From Bacillota bacterium (lineage in GTDB: Bacteria > Bacillota > Desulfotomaculia > Desulfotomaculales > Desulfocucumaceae): DNA of 32,000 nucleotides. The DNA lies in contig JBMOPD010000007.1 of NCBI GenBank assembly GCA_049323615.1, forward strand, positions 39,232 through 71,231. The letters are read 5' to 3'. Under the pieces are notes generated by a model. It was not told the DNA's origin and ran no database searches. It saw nothing but the letters and a program-made list of their open reading frames with translations. Shown here piece by piece: positions 15,987-23,793 of this stretch. Position 1 is the stretch's first letter. Every line of letters begins with the position of its first letter. The translations under genes and the position numbers were made by a program.

Positions 15987-17642
15987 TTATTGTATTTTGC
16001 CTTCTTCCTTCAGTTTGTCGGTCACCATCTGCCTCAAGGCCACCTTGTTGATCTTGGAATCCCCGGCCAACGGGAAACTGTCCACCAGTTCCAGCCTTTC
16101 GGGCAGCTTATACATGGCCAGCTTTTTGGTCTTCAGGTAGCCCACCATCTCCTCAAAGGTCAGGGGCTCCGCCGAAGAGGCCGGAATTACAAAGGCGCAG
16201 GCCTTCTCACCCATCACCGGGTCGGGCATGGCGACGACGGCGGCGTTGGAAACCTTGGGATGGGCGATGAGCAGGCTTTCGATTTCACCGGGGTAAATAT
16301 TCTGGCCCCCCCGGATGATAATATCCTTTTTCCGGCCGGCAATCACTATATAGCCGTCCTCGTCAATCTTGGCCAGGTCCCCCGGGCAGGCCCAGCCCTC
16401 GGCGTCAACGGCCTCGGTAAAGGTTTTTTCGGGATCCCGGTAGTACCCGCTGGAGCTTTGGGGGCCTCTGAAGTAGAGAAGGCCCACTTCACCGCGGGGA
16501 ACTTCCTGCCCGCTGTCGTCCACCAGCTTGATCTCGTTGCCTACAAGCGGCCTGCCCACCGTTGAGCGCCTTTTTTCCGGGGAATCCCCGGTGGAGGTGC
16601 CGGAAATGGACCCGGTATCCTGGGAGCCGTAGGTGCTTAAAATGGGGCATCCCATTTTTCTTTCCACTTCCTCGGCCAGGGTTGGGGAAAGGTAGCCGCC
16701 GCTGCACCTGATTATCCTCAGGGAGGACAGGTCGTACTTCTCCAGGGGTTCTTGGATCATGGCGGCCAGTTGGGCCGGGACCACACAGGGAACGGTGACC
16801 CTTTCCTTTTCAAAGAACTCCAGGGCTCCCACCGGGGTATATTCGTGCAGCAGCGCAATTTTCGCTCCCACCTGGGGCGCCACAAAATAGGTGGGTGTTC
16901 CGCCGGGCGCCCCGGGCCAGGGGGCAACGGCGCAGACCACATCGTCGGCGCTTAGTTTCCAGTTTTGAGCATGGGTTTTGGAGCTCCACAGGCGGGCCGC
17001 GATGGTCCACTCAACTATTTTGGGCAGGCCGGTGGTGCCCGTGGTGCTGGTCAGAAATCCCACCTCGGTGGCCTTGAGCCTTCTGGAGAGCAGGTATTCC
17101 CCGCTGTATTTTTCCACCGGGGCCTTTTGAACCATTTCGGAGTATGAAGCCGCCCCATCCGGGACTTCATCTCCGACCACAATGACGTGCTTCAGCTTGG
17201 GTAAACCGGGGCGGACCTCCCGGATCATTTCAAAATAATCAAAATTCCTGTATTTCCACGGTATTATCACCGCCGAGGCCTCAATCCGCCCCAGGATTTC
17301 GGTCAGCTCCGAGTGCCGGTATACATGCATCAGAGCTATGGAAATCAGCCCGGCCTTTTCGGCGGCCACCCTGGCGATAAATCCCTCCACCCGGTTGGGC
17401 AGCTGGATGGCAATGCGGTCGTCCTTTCCCAGTCCCAGCTCGATCAGCCCCACCGCAAGCCGGTCTATCTGCTGTTTGGCCTGGGACCAGGTAAGCCTGT
17501 TCCCTATTGAATCTATCAGGGCTTCCTTGTCGGGAAATTTGCGGGCATTCTCCTCCCAGTAGTCGGAGATAACCTCGCCGGTCCAGTAGCCCTGTTGGCT
17601 AAATTCCTCAGCTTCCTTTTCATTGAACCTTACCGGTATCAA
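15987..17642 (-). CDS. AMP-forming aryl/acyl-CoA ligase (ANL superfamily, DhbE/EntE-like aromatic acid ligase)
   Basis: 551 aa. It carries the AMP-binding motifs LTSTTGTTGLPK, YGSQDTG and GDLAKIDEDGYIVIAGRKKDIIIRGGQNIYPGEIE. The N-terminal region resembles aryl-acid adenylating enzymes. Confidence 0.9.
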   Translation of the reverse strand: MIPVRFNEKEAEEFSQQGYWTGEVISDYWEENARKFPDKEALIDSIGNRLTWSQAKQQIDRLAVGLIELGLGKDDRIAIQLPNRVEGFIARVAAEKAGLISIALMHVYRHSELTEILGRIEASAVIIPWKYRNFDYFEMIREVRPGLPKLKHVIVVGDEVPDGAASYSEMVQKAPVEKYSGEYLLSRRLKATEVGFLTSTTGTTGLPKIVEWTIAARLWSSKTHAQNWKLSADDVVCAVAPWPGAPGGTPTYFVAPQVGAKIALLHEYTPVGALEFFEKERVTVPCVVPAQLAAMIQEPLEKYDLSSLRIIRCSGGYLSPTLAEEVERKMGCPILSTYGSQDTGSISGTSTGDSPEKRRSTVGRPLVGNEIKLVDDSGQEVPRGEVGLLYFRGPQSSSGYYRDPEKTFTEAVDAEGWACPGDLAKIDEDGYIVIAGRKKDIIIRGGQNIYPGEIESLLIAHPKVSNAAVVAMPDPVMGEKACAFVIPASSAEPLTFEEMVGYLKTKKLAMYKLPERLELVDSFPLAGDSKINKVALRQMVTDKLKEEGKIQ

Positions 17643-17664
17643 ACGGGAATCCCCCTTTCGTTAT

Positions 17665-18939
17665 TCAGCCAGCTGAATTGTGATTGGCCGGTTCGGCGGC
17701 CGGCGCCGCCCCGGCCATTACTTCCCGGAAGGCCGCCACCACCGCCCGGGCAAATTCCGGGTCTTCCAAATTGGCGTCAATCTCCCTTATTTCAATGGCA
17801 CTTTTTAACCGCCTCTTCAGCTCATCGACAAAGATGCGGTCGGTATCGGGGTCGTAAAGAACCGTGGAAGCGCCGTCAATGGCGGACCAGCCCCTGAGCG
17901 GGACAAGGAACTTGACCGGGCCCCGGGCCAGGTTGAGCTTCTCGGCGAAAACCCCGGCCACCGTCACCAGCTCGTCGGGGGCCACCCGGAGAAAGGTGCG
18001 GTGGGCATCCAGGTCATACCTCTTCCGGTTATAATAGTCGGGCTTGTATTTGCTTTTCGGGGGCGTCATCAGGTTGACACAGCAGGGAGCGATCACCTGG
18101 GGCAGGCCCATCTTACCCGCAGCCTCCAGCCTGTTGGGACCGGCCGCCCTGGTCCCGCCCAGGATCTCTTCCCCCACCCCGCCGGGGGCCAGGTCAATTA
18201 CGGCCTCAAACATGCCCTCCCTTTCAATAAGCTCCTCCATTGCCTTGTCGGCCACGCCGGTGGCCGAAAAGCCCACCACCTGGCACCCCTCCCTTTCCAG
18301 CTGGTCCCGCACCATTGAGGCGCACTTCTCGCACATGTTCAATTGAGTCATGGCCACCAGGGCCTTGCCTTTTTGTTTTTTCTTCAGTACTTCCGCGCCG
18401 CTGCGGCCACCCCCGGCCATTCCGGTGATGGACCCGGCCGCCCGGTCCAGGATGCTGCGCATCAGGTCGTTCAGCCCGGTAAAGTCTACCACCGAATGCA
18501 TAATATCAATGTCCGCCGTGCCGAAATACCTGCTGGTCAGCCCCCTGGCCGCGGCCACGCTGGAAACCATCAGCTTCGGCACACCGAAGGGCAGGGCCTT
18601 CATCACGCCGGTGCCCAGCAGGGTTCCGGTGGCGCCCCCGATGCCGACAATTCCGTCCAGCCTGCCCGAACGGTACAGTTCCTTCACCTTTCTGCCCGCC
18701 CCGTCGGACACGGCCTGGATCAGCGCCGGCCGGCCGGCGTTGACAGCATCCGCCCCGGGCTCCCCGGCGGCGGCCAGGACCTCTTCCCTGGTTATGTCGG
18801 CCTCAATAGTGGGGCAACCCTTTGTGCCCACGTCTATGACTATTGTCTGAAAACCCTCTTTTTCTATTTGCTCCTTCAGGTAAATGGTTTCAGCCCCCTT
18901 GGTGTCCAGCGTGCTGACGATGACTATGGTTTTACCCAT
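17665..18939 (-). CDS. Tm-1-like ATP-binding domain protein (UPF0261 family)
   Basis: The start is reassigned to ATG 18939, with RBS GAGGTGG upstream. MGKTIVIVSTLDTKGAETIYLKEQIEKEGFQTIVIDVG is the typical UPF0261 N-terminus. The 47 upstream codons in the ORF track lack an RBS. Confidence 0.85.
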   Translation of the reverse strand: MGKTIVIVSTLDTKGAETIYLKEQIEKEGFQTIVIDVGTKGCPTIEADITREEVLAAAGEPGADAVNAGRPALIQAVSDGAGRKVKELYRSGRLDGIVGIGGATGTLLGTGVMKALPFGVPKLMVSSVAAARGLTSRYFGTADIDIMHSVVDFTGLNDLMRSILDRAAGSITGMAGGGRSGAEVLKKKQKGKALVAMTQLNMCEKCASMVRDQLEREGCQVVGFSATGVADKAMEELIEREGMFEAVIDLAPGGVGEEILGGTRAAGPNRLEAAGKMGLPQVIAPCCVNLMTPPKSKYKPDYYNRKRYDLDAHRTFLRVAPDELVTVAGVFAEKLNLARGPVKFLVPLRGWSAIDGASTVLYDPDTDRIFVDELKRRLKSAIEIREIDANLEDPEFARAVVAAFREVMAGAAPAAEPANHNSAG

Positions 18940-19110
18940 AAAACCACCTCTTCTGTGGACTACGGCCCTTAAACTTTTTGCCTGCACACCTATCGGGGAT
19001 TGTGAAATTAATAACATGAATGACGCCCCGGGTGTCACGCTGCGGAGCCGGTCTGCCGTACAGACAAAGACAAAAGGCATTTACATTAATTTGCCTCTTT
19101 TACGCCGGCC

Positions 19111-19151
19111 CAGTCCGGGCGCCCCTGGCCAGGGGGCCCGGACTGTCCGGG
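19111..19151 (-). other. GC-rich long imperfect palindrome / stable stem-loop inside the operon
   Basis: CAGTCCGGGCGCCCCTGG (19111-19128) pairs with CCAGGGGGCCCGGACTG (19129-19145), giving 17 bp with one bulge. An overlapping mini-palindrome CCCGGACTGTCCGGG lies at 19137-19151. No U-run follows on either strand. Confidence 0.6.
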
Positions 19152-19164
19152 TTAATCCCGCCCC

Positions 19165-20580
19165 TTAATCCTCAAAGCCGTAGTCCTTCCACTTGCTTAA
19201 CACTGTCTTGACCATGTCTCCGTCCAGCTGGATTTCTATGGGCTTGCGCTCCCACTCGTGCGGAATGCAGGCGTCCATGATAATCCGCGAGCAGATATCC
19301 CGGTTATTGATGGGGAGGGAGGGATCCAGGGGCGTGGACCGCCCCCGCTTGATCAGCTCGGTGGACCGGTAGGGGTCGTAACGCACGCTGAGCGCCCACA
19401 TAACCTTGTTCCAGTCATCGGCCGGGATATCGTCGTCCACCACGATCACGCCCTTGAGGCCGTAGTGGCCGGTAGTGGTGGAAACAACGGCGGTGCCCAC
19501 ATGCATGGAGTGGCCGGGATACATTTGTTTTACCGAGACTATGGCCCAGAACCGGCCGGTGGACTCGGGGGGAATGTAGACCGACTTGATGCCGGGAACC
19601 CTCATGTTCTCCAGGTCGGTCCACAGGGTGGCAGTGCGGTTCAGGGACTGGATCATGTGGGTGTCGGTAATCGGTTTACCCACCGAGGTGGCCCACAAAA
19701 TGGGGTTGTTGCGGTGCAGCACCCTCTTCACCCTGATAAAGGGCTTCGGCCACTCCTCGCTCTTCTTGCCGGAATAATACCCCGTGTATTCCCCGAAGGG
19801 ACCTTCCTCCCGGCGCTCCACCGGGTCGATTTCACCCTCCAGGATTATTTCTGCCGTGGCCGGCAGGGGCAGCCCGGTCAGGTCGCTGATAATCACCTCG
19901 GCCGGTTCGCCCCGCAGCGCCCCGATCACATCGTATTCCGATGTCCCGGCCGAAACCAGGGTACTGCCCACCAGGAAGTTCAGGGGGTCGCCCCCGATCA
20001 CCGCCGCGGCGGGCATCGGCTTGTTCAGGGCGATGTATTTGTTGAGGTGGAAGTCGGCGTGCTTGCCCTTGATGATTTGCACGCCCACGGATTTTTCATC
20101 CAGGATCTGCATGCGGTAGGTGCCCAGGTTCACCCATCCCGAATCCGGGTCCCTGGTAATGAGGGCCACCGCCGTGCCGATGAACCGCCCCCCGTCCATG
20201 GGGTAAAACTTCGGGGTGGGGAAATCGAAGAGATTTACCCCGCCGCCTTCCACTATGTTTTCCATCACCGGGCCGGTGGAAACCTCCCGGGGAGGAATCA
20301 GCTGCTTGATGGACAGCTCCATCCAGTGCCGGGCCAGGTTGCACATGCTGGTGTGCACCGGCATGTCGAGGGCCACGGCCAGCCTTTTGGAGGTGGTGAA
20401 GGCGCTGGTAAACACCGGAATGTCATACCCCTTGGGCTTCTGGAAAAGGAGCGCCGGCCCCTTTCTTTCCTCGTTTATCTTGGCGATGTGCGAAAGTTCC
20501 AGGTTCCAGTCCACTTCCGCCTCTATTCTTTTCAGCTCTCCTATTTCATCGCATTTCTTGATGAAATCCCTTAAATCCAT
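19165..20580 (-). CDS. UbiD-family (de)carboxylase, phenylphosphate/aromatic carboxylase-like
   Basis: 471 aa. It shows UbiD-fold motifs including GPFGEYTGYY and an N-terminus MDLRDFIKKCDEIGELKRIEAEVDWNLE. RBS GGAGG lies upstream. Confidence 0.9.
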   Translation of the reverse strand: MDLRDFIKKCDEIGELKRIEAEVDWNLELSHIAKINEERKGPALLFQKPKGYDIPVFTSAFTTSKRLAVALDMPVHTSMCNLARHWMELSIKQLIPPREVSTGPVMENIVEGGGVNLFDFPTPKFYPMDGGRFIGTAVALITRDPDSGWVNLGTYRMQILDEKSVGVQIIKGKHADFHLNKYIALNKPMPAAAVIGGDPLNFLVGSTLVSAGTSEYDVIGALRGEPAEVIISDLTGLPLPATAEIILEGEIDPVERREEGPFGEYTGYYSGKKSEEWPKPFIRVKRVLHRNNPILWATSVGKPITDTHMIQSLNRTATLWTDLENMRVPGIKSVYIPPESTGRFWAIVSVKQMYPGHSMHVGTAVVSTTTGHYGLKGVIVVDDDIPADDWNKVMWALSVRYDPYRSTELIKRGRSTPLDPSLPINNRDICSRIIMDACIPHEWERKPIEIQLDGDMVKTVLSKWKDYGFED

Positions 20581-20616
20581 ACTCCGACCTCCATCTGTTA
20601 AGCAATTTTATTAAAC

Positions 20617-21702
20617 TCAGCTGTCCGGCTCCCGGGGAAAAAATTTCTTGCCGGCCAGCAGGGTGCTGGCGATATGTTCCAGGGCGCTGGACTTGGGCTT
20701 TACCACCGGCTCGGCCTTTTTCCTGGACCAGACGGTTTCCGGCCTGGTCTGGAGCAGTATTATATTGCCGGGAGGGGGCAAATCGCTGTCCACGGCCCAT
20801 TCCAGGTCCTGGGGGACGCCGTAGTGCCGCTCCACCATTTTCCCCAGCTTGGCCAGCTGCACAACTTCACTGTCCTCCAGGCAGGGCAGGTTAACTTCCT
20901 CCGGGGGAACATCCACCGCCTGGATGCTTCCGCCGGGGCCGTACACCATTTTCATCTTCTTGGAACAGATGACCCGCCTGGTGATCTGCAGGGTTACCTT
21001 GTCAACGGTGTATTTGTCCGGCGTGACCTGGCCGCTGACCAGGCTTTCCCCCAGCCCCCAGCTGCCTTCGATAAATATTCTTGAAGGGTCGCCGTTCAGC
21101 GGGTCCAGGGTGAACATGACCCCGGACGACCTGGCATTGACCATTTTAAGCACGGCCACCCCGATGGGCGAACTTTCCACCCGCATCCCGCGCTGCATCC
21201 GGTAGGCAATGGCCCGGGCGTTAAAGGAGCTGGCCCATACCCTCTTAACGTGGGCCAATACTTCCTCCGGGCCGTTTATATTGAGAAAGGTATCGAACTG
21301 CCCCGGCATGCTCACCGGGCCGCTGGACCGGATGGCCACACTGACGCCGGGAGCCCCGCATCTTTTCCCAAGCTCATGGTAGTGTTCAAGTATAACCTCC
21401 CTGATATCCCCGGGCACCGGCTGCGACTCCACCAGCCCGCCGATGTGCCGGCCGGCCTCCTCAAAAGCGCCCACGTCTTCCTTCATCCTGTCGATATTAT
21501 CGTCAAAATACTGGCGGATGGACCGGCCAACCCCGGTTTCGTCTATGAACGTTTCGTAAGCCTTCAGTGATACGGCGAATCCGGGGGGTACCGGCAGGCC
21601 GGACCTCAGCATCTCACCGAGGCCGCAGCACTTTCTGCCGGCCAGAAAAAGGTCATCCCTGTCCAGGTCCTCCAGCCAGTATACGTATTTATTGTCTTCC
21701 AC
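20617..21702 (-). CDS. PEP/pyruvate-dikinase N-terminal (ATP-grasp, PPDK_N) domain protein, phenylphosphate synthase beta-subunit (PpsB)-like
   Basis: 361 aa. It carries LFLAGRKCCGLGEMLRSGLPVPPGFAVS, the nucleotide-binding domain signature of PEP synthase. Its size matches the ~40 kDa PpsB. Confidence 0.85.
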   Translation of the reverse strand: MEDNKYVYWLEDLDRDDLFLAGRKCCGLGEMLRSGLPVPPGFAVSLKAYETFIDETGVGRSIRQYFDDNIDRMKEDVGAFEEAGRHIGGLVESQPVPGDIREVILEHYHELGKRCGAPGVSVAIRSSGPVSMPGQFDTFLNINGPEEVLAHVKRVWASSFNARAIAYRMQRGMRVESSPIGVAVLKMVNARSSGVMFTLDPLNGDPSRIFIEGSWGLGESLVSGQVTPDKYTVDKVTLQITRRVICSKKMKMVYGPGGSIQAVDVPPEEVNLPCLEDSEVVQLAKLGKMVERHYGVPQDLEWAVDSDLPPPGNIILLQTRPETVWSRKKAEPVVKPKSSALEHIASTLLAGKKFFPREPDS

Positions 21703-21744
21703 GGGTTGCCCCCCTTTTTTCCAGGAAAAGAACCCGGCGGTGGG

Positions 21745-23580
21745 TTACAGGATGGTAACGATACCCCTGTTCCCGTTCACCCTGATTCTCATGCCTGTTT
21801 TTATGGCCGCTGTGGCGTATCCCGCGCCGACCACCGACGGCAGGCCATACTCCCGGCAGACAATGGCAGCATGGGACATTATGCCGCCAACGTCGGTAAC
21901 CACGGCAGAGACCTTGGAGAATATGGGCGCCCAGCTGGGAGAGGTGGTAGGCGCCACAAGAATTTCGCCTTCCTGCAGCGTGGTCAGCTCTGACGGGCCG
22001 CGAACCACCCTGGCCACTCCTTCGATTACCCCAGGGGCCCCGGCGAAACCTTTCAGCTGGGAAATATCCTCCACCTTGGTCTTGTCGGCGTCCAGCCAGG
22101 CTTCCAGCCGTTCGGTGGTAATACCCCAGAGGATGATGGTAAAGGGTTCATTGACAGTTTCCGGCGGGATCCCCAGGGCCGGCGGGGGGGGATTTTCCCT
22201 GAATTTTTTCAACACATCCTTGCGCCACTCTATCTCCCGGGGCCAGTAGGACGGTCCCCTGGCCTTTACGCCGGTGGCCCAGGCGCATACCAGGTCGTAG
22301 AGCGCCTGCTGTATTTCAAAGCGGTTTAAGTACCAGATATCTTCCACATCGTTGAAGAACCCGTGTTTCACGAAAACCCCGGAAAGCTCCCTCACCTTCA
22401 TGTAGAACCTGGTGTGGAACCAGTGTTCCACATAAAACAGGTGCTCTTCCACGTAGGGATACACCGTCTGGGATATCCCCAGGAGCTGCCGGAAGGTCTG
22501 GCGGTCCTCATCGGTGCGCAGCAGGGAGGCGTATTCCTCCACGATGCGGTCCCGTTCCCGGCGCGTTTCCTCCACCGGCCGCTCCAGGCTCTCGCCCTTT
22601 TCCACCAAGTCAATGTAGGCGCGTATGGACATAAAGGGTATCTCCGGGCGGTCGTACCAGCTCCAGTGGTCGTGGTACCAGCCGGTGCCGGAGGAAGTGT
22701 AAAACCACGGCTCCTTGGACTCTTCCAGTTGCTCCAGCCATTTCCGGCCGGGATCCGAATCGGCCAGTTTTTTAACCAGCTCGCCGGGTTCCACGGTAGA
22801 CTTGATGACCTCGGCCACCCCCAGGCTGACCGCCGATTTGGCCAGCCCCTTTAGCTTCCGGTCGGGCTCGAACAGGATCACGTCTATCCCGGAAACCATT
22901 TTGGTAATGGCCCCGTCCTCGATACCCTGGAACGCCCTGCGGCAGAAACCGGCGAAGGTGACGTAAGCCGCGTAGCCCAGGTTGAGGAATTCAAAGTGGT
23001 ACTGCCAGGCCTTCAGGGCCAGGCTGATCAGCCGGTCGTACTTGTTGATCAGGTGGTAGCCGCTGCTCATGCCCACCCCGTCCATAACCACCGATATGTC
23101 TTCCATGTCCGGCAAATCGGCAATGTCAATGCTGTCAACTTCCCCGATTATTTCCTCCATCTTGACTTTCCACCGGCCGTAAAGACGGTCCCAGTTCTCG
23201 TAATAATAGCCGGCCCGCTGCATGAAATGCTGTACCCGCTCTTCCACAATCTTGGGGTCGGTCACGGGAACAGGGGTGATGTACACGTAGCCGTTTTTAA
23301 TGCGGTGGTCAACGCCATAGGCGGGAGGCACCATAAATATCCGGGTGTTGTTCTGGGAGAGGGCCAGAAACCAGGCCTCATCCCAGATCAGGTCGAAGGG
23401 GTACATCGCTTCCGGGTAGTGCAGCCCGTCATAAAACCAAAGCATGCTGTTTTCGTATTCTTCTCTTTCTTTATCATCCCGGGAAAAAATGTAATAATAT
23501 GGGTACATTCTTTCCCAACCCTCTGTCCCGGGAATTTCCGGGACATCCCCTGGCTTCATAAATTGGCGCTGCGCGGACAT
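21745..23580 (-). CDS. PEP-utilising-enzyme mobile (phospho-His swivel) domain protein, phenylphosphate synthase alpha-subunit (PpsA)-like
   Basis: 611 aa. The C-terminus GGIMSHAAIVCREYGLPSVVG is the phosphohistidine swivel motif. A ~480-aa N-terminal domain begins PGTEGWERMYPYYY..WFYDGLHYPEAMYPFD, as in PpsA-type proteins. RBS AAAGGAGG lies upstream. Confidence 0.85.
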   Translation of the reverse strand: MSAQRQFMKPGDVPEIPGTEGWERMYPYYYIFSRDDKEREEYENSMLWFYDGLHYPEAMYPFDLIWDEAWFLALSQNNTRIFMVPPAYGVDHRIKNGYVYITPVPVTDPKIVEERVQHFMQRAGYYYENWDRLYGRWKVKMEEIIGEVDSIDIADLPDMEDISVVMDGVGMSSGYHLINKYDRLISLALKAWQYHFEFLNLGYAAYVTFAGFCRRAFQGIEDGAITKMVSGIDVILFEPDRKLKGLAKSAVSLGVAEVIKSTVEPGELVKKLADSDPGRKWLEQLEESKEPWFYTSSGTGWYHDHWSWYDRPEIPFMSIRAYIDLVEKGESLERPVEETRRERDRIVEEYASLLRTDEDRQTFRQLLGISQTVYPYVEEHLFYVEHWFHTRFYMKVRELSGVFVKHGFFNDVEDIWYLNRFEIQQALYDLVCAWATGVKARGPSYWPREIEWRKDVLKKFRENPPPPALGIPPETVNEPFTIILWGITTERLEAWLDADKTKVEDISQLKGFAGAPGVIEGVARVVRGPSELTTLQEGEILVAPTTSPSWAPIFSKVSAVVTDVGGIMSHAAIVCREYGLPSVVGAGYATAAIKTGMRIRVNGNRGIVTIL

Positions 23581-23612
23581 GGCCCGCCTCCTTTTACTAC
23601 ATTTTTTTCTCT

Positions 23613-23630
23613 TTATAAAACTTATAAAAC
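23613..23630 (-). promoter_or_regulatory. Perfect tandem 9-mer (GTTTTATAA x2 on the minus strand) 33-50 nt upstream of the ppsA-like start
   Basis: Plus strand reads TTATAAAAC TTATAAAAC. Each copy contains a TATAA -10-like core, and no good -35 lies upstream. It is a candidate activator-dependent promoter or operator. Confidence 0.3.
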
Positions 23631-23711
23631 GGTGCGCTGCTGCGGGCGGCGATCACTTCCTTCCCGGGTCTTAAAACGGCAGTCCACAAAAAGTTTGACG
23701 GGCCTCTTTTC

Positions 23712-23740
23712 TTGACATAGGCCGGCTTACTCTGTAAATT
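23712..23740 (+). promoter_or_regulatory. Near-consensus sigmaA-type promoter on the plus strand (TTGACA-17-TAAATT)
   Basis: TTGACA at 23712-23717, an exact 17-nt spacer, TAAATT at 23735-23740. It points away from ppsA and toward the 3' end of the regulator gene. Confidence 0.4.
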
Positions 23741-23793
23741 GAAAACATAAAAGTCACTGTAAACACGGCTTGCCAGGCCGGCGTTTTACAGTG
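23741..23793 (-). terminator. Intrinsic terminator for the regulator gene
   Basis: Hairpin at 23755-23793: a 9-bp stem CACTGTAAA/TTTACAGTG, a 1-nt bulge, then 3 more bp. On the minus-strand RNA it is followed by ACUUUUAUGUUUUC. Confidence 0.55.

Noticed and set aside
18940-19080. The 47-codon N-terminal extension of the UPF0261 ORF in the track (MPFVFVCTADRL...).
   Set aside because: No RBS lies near ATG 19080. The internal ATG at 18939 has GAGGTGG upstream and begins exactly at the conserved family N-terminus, and the extension covers intergenic hairpin sequence.
18939-19165. A search for a missing small carboxylase subunit (PpcD/ShdD-like) in the 225-bp gap after the UbiD gene.
   Set aside because: No ORF with an RBS is present. 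The only ATG-initiated frame is the spurious UPF0261 extension.
19258-20574. Long plus-strand ORFs antisense to real genes. Examples are 438 aa at 19258-20574, 328 aa at 8944-9930, 308 aa at 5152-6078, 264 aa at 3837-4631, 253 aa at 13941-14702, 259 aa at 29940-30719 and 239 aa at 22996-23715.
   Set aside because: Each lies entirely opposite a gene with strong family motifs. Their translations are R/G/P/H-rich low-complexity strings typical of shadow ORFs in GC-rich DNA, and they lack RBSs.
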